From a virus, in IMG/VR virus record IMGVR_UViG_3300032285_001029, positions 64,001 through 128,000 of that record: a DNA stretch of 64,000 nt. The stretch is one strand, 5' to 3'. This document shows positions 57,078 to 64,000 of the stretch, piece by piece. Position 1 is the stretch's first letter. Each line of letters begins with the position of its first letter. The notes under the pieces are model-generated. The model made no database searches, was not told where the DNA came from, and was given only the letters and a program-made list of their open reading frames with translations. Made by a program: the position numbers and the translations under genes.

Positions 57078-59258
57078 ATGAGCTATCAGATTACTTTTAC
57101 TGAAGCAAATAATCCTGCAAAGCTACCCATTACGGTACAAGATCAAACATTAAACACACAAACAAGTATAACTTTTGTAGGAAAAAATTATTCAGGATTT
57201 AGTCCTATAATTGCAGAAAATTTTTTACATTTATTAGAAAATTTTGCATCGGTTCTTCCGCCTGATAATCCTGTACAAGGTCAACTATGGTATGATAGTT
57301 CTACAGGAATAAATTTATTAAAAGTGTTTGATGGCACAAATTGGTCAGAAGCAGGTGCAGTTAAGAAAGCCACTAGTGCACCAGCTGTTGCTAATAGCCA
57401 AGCAGGCGATTTATGGATTGATACTATAAATCAACAGCTTTATTTGTTTTCAGGTTCTGCTTGGTTACTAGTAGGTCCACAATTTAGTGCAGGTACAAAA
57501 ACAGGAACAGCAGTTGAAACGCTATTAGATACTAGTAATGTATCTCATCCTGTATTAAGCTTTTATTCAAATAATACTCGTATTGGTATAGTGAGTAACG
57601 AATCGTTTACTCCTAAATCCACATTAGCTGGATTTACAAACGGTATTACACAGGGTTTAAATTTAACGCTCGGAGATAACACAGGCGCCAATGCCTTGGC
57701 AAATACATCTTATAAACTGTATGGTGCTGCTAGTTCTGCAGATGCATTGAACATAAGTGGTAAAGTTATATCTTCTAGTAATTTTTTACGCAGTGATCAA
57801 GTCAGCACAACAAATTTTCCTTTGAAAGTTCAAAACGATGGCGGTATAAGTTTAGGAAGTGATCTAAGTTTTAGTATCTTCACAACTCCGACATCAGTTA
57901 GTTTATATTCTCAGTCTTCGGCTAGGGGAATAGATTTAAAAGTTAAAAATGCAACAGATGGCCCAGTTACTCTTATACACTTAGATGCAACAAGTGAATA
58001 TGTCGGTATCGGCACGAATAATACTAGCCCAACAGAAACATTAGATGTGTCGGGCAATATTGTAGCATCTGGAGAAATTTATAATCTTTCACAAATAGAT
58101 TCGACTATAATTGGACAAGGTGCATTGGTTACCGATGGTGGTTTATCTGTAGCATTAAACAGTACATTTGGTGGAAATGTTACTACGTATGGAAAAATTG
58201 TTGTTAATAATTTAACAGACATGGATGTGCCTTTAGCAGGATCGGTAATAGTTCCAGGACCATTAACTGCATCAGATTCTGCTGTTGCAAATTTATATGA
58301 TATCGGATCTGTTACAAGACCTTTTAGAAATGTATTTGCACAATCATTTGTTGGAGCGTTTAGTGGTCAGTTTGCCGGAACTCTAACAGGAAATGCTAGC
58401 GGATCTGCAGCATATCTAGCAAGTTCTACTAATTTTTTATTAACAGGTGATGTGGGAAGTACTAATGGAGTAGGAACACCATTTAATGGTCAGACACAAA
58501 CAGGAACCCTATCGTTAGATGTTAAAATACAACCAACATTTGTAACAGGACAGTCGACTACATTAGTAGATTCTAAAACTACAGATGCACTCGTGATTCA
58601 TAGACAAGGAGTAGGACTTGCAAAAACAACTCAAGCTACGTTTTTAAGCAATGTTTCTCAAGTACCGACAGGTGCAATTGTTCCTTATGCAGGAGCGGCT
58701 GCACCTACTGGTTACTTACTGTGTGACGGAAGCGAAATAAGCAGAACTACCTATGCAACACTATTTCAAATTATAGGATATACTTATAGATCACAGTCTC
58801 AACTACAGGGTTTAGGAACATTTGCATTGCCAGATCTTAGAGGAAGATTCCCGTTAGGTGCAGACAACATGAATAACGGGCTTCCACAAATACCATCCGT
58901 AAGTAATCCTGCCGTATCAGTAAATGCTAGTCCAACTGCTCCTGCCGGCAGAGTTACAGATTCTTCAGCTTCAACAGTTGGTGCAGGAAGTGGAGCAAGT
59001 CAACAAACACTAGCACTTGCTAATATTCCTCAGCATACGCATACACTAAACAGTGGAAACTCGCAGTATTATGCACCTGGATCACCGGGGCAATTACCAG
59101 ATACTGCAACAGGTGTTACAGCTGGCAAAGGTACTTCATCGTTGAACACAGGTTATGGTTTATCGAACAGTGGTAAGATATCAGGTGGTAGTGATACTAC
59201 AACTCCTATTACTACAATGAATCCATATTTAACGATCAATTACATTATTAAGACTTAA
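57078..59258 (+). CDS. Tail fibre protein with tail-collar domain (726 aa)
   Basis: Shared GKNY..ENF..LLENFA..P..GQLWYD N-terminus; collar motif PTGAIVPYAG..AP.GYLLCDG..Y.LF..IG..F.LPDLRGRF; MNPYL.INYIIK end. Confidence 0.88.
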   Translation: MSYQITFTEANNPAKLPITVQDQTLNTQTSITFVGKNYSGFSPIIAENFLHLLENFASVLPPDNPVQGQLWYDSSTGINLLKVFDGTNWSEAGAVKKATSAPAVANSQAGDLWIDTINQQLYLFSGSAWLLVGPQFSAGTKTGTAVETLLDTSNVSHPVLSFYSNNTRIGIVSNESFTPKSTLAGFTNGITQGLNLTLGDNTGANALANTSYKLYGAASSADALNISGKVISSSNFLRSDQVSTTNFPLKVQNDGGISLGSDLSFSIFTTPTSVSLYSQSSARGIDLKVKNATDGPVTLIHLDATSEYVGIGTNNTSPTETLDVSGNIVASGEIYNLSQIDSTIIGQGALVTDGGLSVALNSTFGGNVTTYGKIVVNNLTDMDVPLAGSVIVPGPLTASDSAVANLYDIGSVTRPFRNVFAQSFVGAFSGQFAGTLTGNASGSAAYLASSTNFLLTGDVGSTNGVGTPFNGQTQTGTLSLDVKIQPTFVTGQSTTLVDSKTTDALVIHRQGVGLAKTTQATFLSNVSQVPTGAIVPYAGAAAPTGYLLCDGSEISRTTYATLFQIIGYTYRSQSQLQGLGTFALPDLRGRFPLGADNMNNGLPQIPSVSNPAVSVNASPTAPAGRVTDSSASTVGAGSGASQQTLALANIPQHTHTLNSGNSQYYAPGSPGQLPDTATGVTAGKGTSSLNTGYGLSNSGKISGGSDTTTPITTMNPYLTINYIIKT

Positions 59259-59262
59259 AATT

Positions 59263-60462
59263 ATGCCATATACAATAACTAAAACAGACGGTTCGGAACT
59301 TACAAAAATAGTAGATGGGACTATAGATCAAACATCTACTGATATAACCTTAATCGGAAAAAATGCATCAGCTTACGGAAAGTTTATTGATCAAAACTTT
59401 GTAAGTATATTAGAAAATTTTGCTAATTCGACACCGCCTTCCTACCCAATAACAGGTCAACTTTGGTATGACACTAGTGAAGGACGTTTAAAAGTCTATG
59501 ATCCAGTTGGTGGCGGATTTAAAGTATCGGGAGGCACAATAGTTGCTGCTTCTGCTCCAAGCTCACTGACTACTGGCGATATATGGATTAATAGTTATAG
59601 TAAACAATTATATTTTAATGACGGGTCTGCTACTTTTTTAGCAGGACCTTTATATACGGCGCAACAGGGAATAAGCGGATTTAATGTTGTAACAATTTTA
59701 GATACAAGTAGTGTTGCACACACTATTATATATTTGTATGTAGCACAGGTATTATTAGGAATTTGGAGTTCAACAGCGTTTACCCCGTTAGAGATAATTC
59801 CAGGATATGGATCTTATGTAGTTCCAGAAGGACAACCAAATGCAGGTGCAACTGTATCTAATCCTATAATTATAGGCTTTAATGCATCAGCGATCTCAGG
59901 CGAAGAATTTAATGTAACCGCAACTAGAGCACTAGGAATTTTATCAACAGACGGCCAATCAGTGCTAACTGCAGGAAACTTTCTTTCATCGACTGAAAAT
60001 ACAACCACAGCATACGGCAGTTTACAAATACAAGGCGGCCCAACTAATGTACCTTTAGTATTAGGCCCTAGTTTAAACAATAAAATTTCAGTAAATAGCC
60101 AATTATTTTCAATAGCGCCAAATGGAAATCAGGCTGTTAATCAAAATTTTGAAATTGCTACACAACCTACATCTGCAGTTACATCAACAAATTTCTTTAT
60201 TGATGCTTCTAATCAGCGAGTAGGAATTAATACAAATTCACCGCAAATTGATTTTGATGTGGCTGGGGATGCACAGGTTCGCGGTAGTCTAACTGTATCT
60301 GAAGATACACATCTTACTGGAAAAGTTATTTTTGCTTCGACTAGTGTTCCGTCGACAGTTATCTCGGCAGGTGTTGCTGGACAAGTTGCATGGGACTCTA
60401 GTCACTTTTACGTATGCATTGCAGCTAATAGTTGGAAAAGATGTAATTTGTCTACATGGTAA
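59263..60462 (+). CDS. Tail fibre paralog (399 aa)
   Basis: Same N-terminal module; C-terminal G.AGQVAWD...YVC.A.NSWKR tip. Confidence 0.82.
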   Translation: MPYTITKTDGSELTKIVDGTIDQTSTDITLIGKNASAYGKFIDQNFVSILENFANSTPPSYPITGQLWYDTSEGRLKVYDPVGGGFKVSGGTIVAASAPSSLTTGDIWINSYSKQLYFNDGSATFLAGPLYTAQQGISGFNVVTILDTSSVAHTIIYLYVAQVLLGIWSSTAFTPLEIIPGYGSYVVPEGQPNAGATVSNPIIIGFNASAISGEEFNVTATRALGILSTDGQSVLTAGNFLSSTENTTTAYGSLQIQGGPTNVPLVLGPSLNNKISVNSQLFSIAPNGNQAVNQNFEIATQPTSAVTSTNFFIDASNQRVGINTNSPQIDFDVAGDAQVRGSLTVSEDTHLTGKVIFASTSVPSTVISAGVAGQVAWDSSHFYVCIAANSWKRCNLSTW

Positions 60463-60495
60463 TTTGCAGACAAATTACATAATAAAGGAAATAAC

Positions 60496-62022
60496 ATGTC
60501 ATATATAATTAATCATTTTTCTGGAAGCCAACTAGCTGTTGTTCCTGACGGTACAGTCGATCAATCGACATCTTTAAAGTTAATTGGTAAAAACTATGTC
60601 GGTTACGGGGAAGCTCAAAATGAAAATTTTGCATATCTCTTAGAAAATTTTGCTAGTCCGACTGCTCCATCGCGTCCAGTGCCTGGACAACTTTGGTTTA
60701 ACAGCAATCTTAAAATCATTAGTGTTTACAACGGAACAGCGTGGAAACAAATTGGCCTTGCTGATATTGCAAGTGAACCGCCTGTTGGCGCTGCAAATGG
60801 ACAATTTTGGTTTAACACATCTACTCAACAAACTTTTATTAAAGCCGGAGATTCGTATAATTTAATTGGTCCGGAAGTAGCTCCAGGATTTGGAATTACT
60901 AGAGCAGTATCGACAACTATTCGAGATACAGACAGTAATGTTAAGCCAATTATAAAGCTTCTTATTGATAATACAGTTATAGCCATCGTTTCTAAAACAT
61001 CATTTACCATATTAAATGATGATTATATTTCTGGATTTAACTTATTAACTGCTGGTATAACATTATGCAATCAGTTTAACATTAAAGGAAATATAGAAGG
61101 TAATGCAGATTCGGCAACTAAATTAGCAACTGCACGTAACATTAACGGTGTTGCATTTGACGGAACAGCAAATATTGATATTACAGTATCAGGAAATTTA
61201 CTGACTGGAAATACATTAGCATCGACAATTGTTAATTCAAATTTAACTAGTGTAGGTACACTCGCTAATCTAACAGTTACAAATACTATCGTTGGCAGTG
61301 TGAACGGTAATGCAGCAACAGCAACTAAGTTGGCTGCAACTAAAAATATTAACGGTGTAGCATTTGACGGCAGCGCCAATATCACAATTTTTGATTCAAC
61401 CAAATTACCATTAACCGGCGGAGTACTGACGGGGGATCTTACATTGCGTGGTGATCCTATTGATAATAGTCATGCAGCAACTAAAAAATATGTAGATGAC
61501 AGAGTTGGCTCAATAACTCTCGTCCCGCAAGGTCTAATAACTCTATGGCATGGAATATTAGGTAACATTCCAGCTGGTTGGGCAATATGTGATGGTACCC
61601 GTGGAACACCAGATTTACGCGATAGATTTATTATTGGAGCCGGCAATTTATATCCAGTTGGAAATACTGGCGGAACTAAAGATGCAGTTGTAGTAGATCA
61701 TACACATACTGCAAGCTTTACTGGAACTCCACTACCAAATCATACACACGGTATTACCGATGCTGGACATGCCCATGCACAAGCTGGATATAATTTAAAT
61801 AATGATCCTGCAGGCGCTCTTCCTTTTTATAATTGGGCGAATACTCATAAAGCAACCAATGTCACACAAACCGGTTCTGCTACAACCGGAATTACCGTAA
61901 ATCCAATTACAGCAGGAACTCCGTCTGGATCAGTTACAGTTAACAATCCAGTTGGCGGAGTATCCGGAACCGATAAAAATTTACCTCCATATTATGCGCT
62001 TGCGTACATTATGAAGCTTTAA
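60496..62022 (+). CDS. Tail fibre paralog with collar/needle tip (508 aa)
   Basis: Same N-terminal module; two ATKLA..R/KNINGVAFDG.ANI repeats; IPAGWAICDG..GTPDLRDRF; HTH/HAH metal-binding motifs; NLPPYYALAYIMK. Confidence 0.88.
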   Translation: MSYIINHFSGSQLAVVPDGTVDQSTSLKLIGKNYVGYGEAQNENFAYLLENFASPTAPSRPVPGQLWFNSNLKIISVYNGTAWKQIGLADIASEPPVGAANGQFWFNTSTQQTFIKAGDSYNLIGPEVAPGFGITRAVSTTIRDTDSNVKPIIKLLIDNTVIAIVSKTSFTILNDDYISGFNLLTAGITLCNQFNIKGNIEGNADSATKLATARNINGVAFDGTANIDITVSGNLLTGNTLASTIVNSNLTSVGTLANLTVTNTIVGSVNGNAATATKLAATKNINGVAFDGSANITIFDSTKLPLTGGVLTGDLTLRGDPIDNSHAATKKYVDDRVGSITLVPQGLITLWHGILGNIPAGWAICDGTRGTPDLRDRFIIGAGNLYPVGNTGGTKDAVVVDHTHTASFTGTPLPNHTHGITDAGHAHAQAGYNLNNDPAGALPFYNWANTHKATNVTQTGSATTGITVNPITAGTPSGSVTVNNPVGGVSGTDKNLPPYYALAYIMKL

Positions 62023-62026
62023 ATCT

Positions 62027-62034
62027 TATAAATA
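62027..62034 (+). promoter_or_regulatory. Late promoter TATAAATA
   Basis: Exact T4 late consensus followed by AAGGA SD. Confidence 0.75.
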
Positions 62035-62057
62035 TAGAAGAACAAGGAACGAGCAAG

Positions 62058-63575
62058 ATGCCATATACAATCAATCATTACGTTGGAAGTCAAATAGTTG
62101 TAGTTGCCGACGGTACAGTCGATCAATCAACATCGTTAAAGTTAGTTGGTAAAAACTACGCAGGTTACGGTGAAATTCAAAACGAAAACTTCGTATATCT
62201 CTTAGAAAATTTTGCTAGTCCTAGTCCAGGACCGTCGAATCCTATGCCAGGCCAATTATGGTTTGATACGGCAAACAATAAATTAAATTTTTATGATGTT
62301 AATAAACGCTGGAGAACTACAGGAGGATCTGCAACTAGTACCACGGCACCTACAGGACTAGTAACTGGAGATTTTTGGTTCGATACCTCTAACAATCAGT
62401 TGTATGTTTGGAATTCATCACCTTCGCCTGGAAAATTCATTCTAGTAGGACCAGAAGGAGTTCCTGGATCAGGAGTCACTCAGATGATTTCCGCCAGTGT
62501 TGTAGATACTAGTTCAACTTCTCATACTGTTATTAAAGCAGTCGTAAACGATCAAGTGGTGTTTATTGTTAATCAAGATTCTGCATTTACACTTAAGAGT
62601 GATGTTAACACTATAACAGGATTTTCGACTATACAGCAGGGTATTACTTTAGCTTATACAGATAATAATGCAGAGCCTGGCCAAACTACAAATAACTATC
62701 GATTCTGGGGAACAGCAAGTAATTCAGACTTATTAGGTGGATATAGTCCAACGGATTACGTATTATCAGCTCAGCCTACGTTTAATGCTCAAGTACATTT
62801 TACTAATGATGGATTTACAGTTGGAAATCCTGAACGTTTAACTGTTAATATTATAGGTGGAACACCTACTATTACAAATAGTCTAACAGATACTATTAAT
62901 TTTAACACTTATACCACTCAACAAGTAACTCCATTAAAATTAGTAGGTACAACTATTCAACCAGGCGGTAATGCAAATGATATTGGTACAATTTCTAATC
63001 CCTGGAGAACTGTATATGCTACCGCTTTTAGTGGTGGTCCTGCAACTCAAGCAGATACTTTAAAAGTAGGAAGCAATTATGTTGCATCTTCTACTAGTGC
63101 TAATGCTAACACAATCGTTGCTAGAACTAACGGCACTCAAGTAATAAATGGTGTGTCATGTACGCCAGGATCTGTTGCAGCAACATACTTTATTGGCACA
63201 GCAACTGCCGCATTGTATGCTGACTTAGCAGAAAAGTATCTTGCAGATGCAGAATATCCGGTTGGTACAGTGATTGCAGTAGGCGGCGATGCAGAAGTTA
63301 CTGCTGCAAATTTTGGAGATAATCCAATTGGCGTAGTAAGCGCAAGTCCTGCTTATTTGATGAACAGCGAATTAGAGGGTGGAACAGCCATTGCACTAAA
63401 GGGTCGAGTACCTGTTTTAATGACAGGACCAATTAATAAAGGCGAACAAGTTATTGCACACGATAACGGTATTGCTAGTTCGATATCAGAAGGGCCAAAT
63501 GAAGCAGTATTTGCTATATCATTAGAATCTAACTATGAAACTGGAACCAGACTAGTGGAATGTGTGGTACTTTAA
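62058..63575 (+). CDS. Tail fibre paralog with C-terminal chaperone-like domain (505 aa)
   Basis: Same N-terminal module; YADLAEKY.AD..Y..GTV...GVVS..PAY.MN...IAL.GRVP C-terminal domain. Confidence 0.85.
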   Translation: MPYTINHYVGSQIVVVADGTVDQSTSLKLVGKNYAGYGEIQNENFVYLLENFASPSPGPSNPMPGQLWFDTANNKLNFYDVNKRWRTTGGSATSTTAPTGLVTGDFWFDTSNNQLYVWNSSPSPGKFILVGPEGVPGSGVTQMISASVVDTSSTSHTVIKAVVNDQVVFIVNQDSAFTLKSDVNTITGFSTIQQGITLAYTDNNAEPGQTTNNYRFWGTASNSDLLGGYSPTDYVLSAQPTFNAQVHFTNDGFTVGNPERLTVNIIGGTPTITNSLTDTINFNTYTTQQVTPLKLVGTTIQPGGNANDIGTISNPWRTVYATAFSGGPATQADTLKVGSNYVASSTSANANTIVARTNGTQVINGVSCTPGSVAATYFIGTATAALYADLAEKYLADAEYPVGTVIAVGGDAEVTAANFGDNPIGVVSASPAYLMNSELEGGTAIALKGRVPVLMTGPINKGEQVIAHDNGIASSISEGPNEAVFAISLESNYETGTRLVECVVL

Positions 63576-63577
63576 TT

Positions 63578-63585
63578 TATAAATA
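63578..63585 (+). promoter_or_regulatory. Late promoter TATAAATA
   Basis: Exact T4 late consensus before ATG 63607. Confidence 0.75.
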
Positions 63586-63606
63586 GTTCAGATGATCGGA
63601 TAGAAT

Positions 63607-64000
63607 ATGACACAGTACAGCGCAATACAAAGAACAGAGTACAACACAATTCAAGCACAAGTAGCTAAAGTGTTAGGATCAACATCTTCGCAAGTTACTT
63701 TTGGTGCAACAGATGACGATTATGGATATGGACAGACAGTTAGTAGTTCTCAAGTTCCGGCCAACACACTTATTACAGCAAAACAGTGGAATGATCTAAC
63801 TAACGATGTACTGAGATGTTTGTGGCATCAGACTGCTATAGATAAGAGCGGAGTTTTTGTTAGTTCAGGTAGTGTCAATGGCGACCCTGTTACAAGCGGA
63901 TATCCATATTATCAAACTGTAAATACCACTGCTACTGCTACAGCAGTTACTACAAACTATATTACAGTTGGAACGACAGTAAACATGCGTCAAGGGATGA
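63607..64000 (+). CDS. Partial structural protein (MTQYSAIQRTEYNTIQ...), runs off the window
   Basis: Open frame to the end of the window; YN.IQ..V..VLG...GYGQ...ITA.QW..L..D motif. Confidence 0.75.
   Translation, partial: MTQYSAIQRTEYNTIQAQVAKVLGSTSSQVTFGATDDDYGYGQTVSSSQVPANTLITAKQWNDLTNDVLRCLWHQTAIDKSGVFVSSGSVNGDPVTSGYPYYQTVNTTATATAVTTNYITVGTTVNMRQGM

Noticed and set aside
4262-61403. Many 60-175-aa ORFs antisense to or nested in long genes
   Set aside because: Shadow frames of Thr/Gly/Val-rich coding sequence; no SD or promoter support
1-64000. CRISPR array, tRNA genes, IS elements, diversity-generating retroelement
   Set aside because: No regularly spaced repeats, cloverleafs, transposase, RT or adenine-specific TR/VR pair noticed by eye; the fibre-gene repeats differ at all base types and lie at the N-termini
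1-64000. Stop-codon reassignment as in some large phages
   Set aside because: Standard code yields full-length genes with near-complete coding density; TAG and TGA both terminate genes (e.g. 27071, 29112)

Overview
AT-rich, gene-dense segment of a large T4-like (Tevenvirinae-related, probably uncultured aquatic) myovirus genome, almost all of it virion morphogenesis genes. The left arm (minus strand) holds a tape-measure-like gene, portal gp20, two prohead-core-type genes, protease gp21, scaffold gp22, major capsid gp23 with a UUCG terminator, and a run of fibre/decoration genes ending in a 2626-aa adhesin-like protein. The centre holds a gp26-like gene and an operon of late sigma gp55, gp47 and gp46 (Mre11/Rad50-like), a small basic protein and a stand-alone GIY-YIG nuclease. 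The right arm (plus strand) holds baseplate genes (gp48-like, gp53, hub, gp5, gp25, gp6), a 5148-aa giant structural protein and four paralogous fibre genes. T4-type late promoter cores (nnTAAATA) punctuate most intergenic gaps. Three unannotated signals stand out. (1) A ~450-nt GC-enriched, highly structured non-coding element lies directly downstream of the GIY-YIG gene, with minus-strand G-U stems, a pseudoknot, a box repeat and terminal GNA mini-hairpins. (2) A strong candidate -1 frameshift cassette (T TTT TTC plus a perfect 14-bp stem) would fuse the gp26-like ORF to a start-less gp51-like frame. (3) Two structured late-gene 5' leaders are present. All product calls come from motif recognition and synteny, not from database searches.
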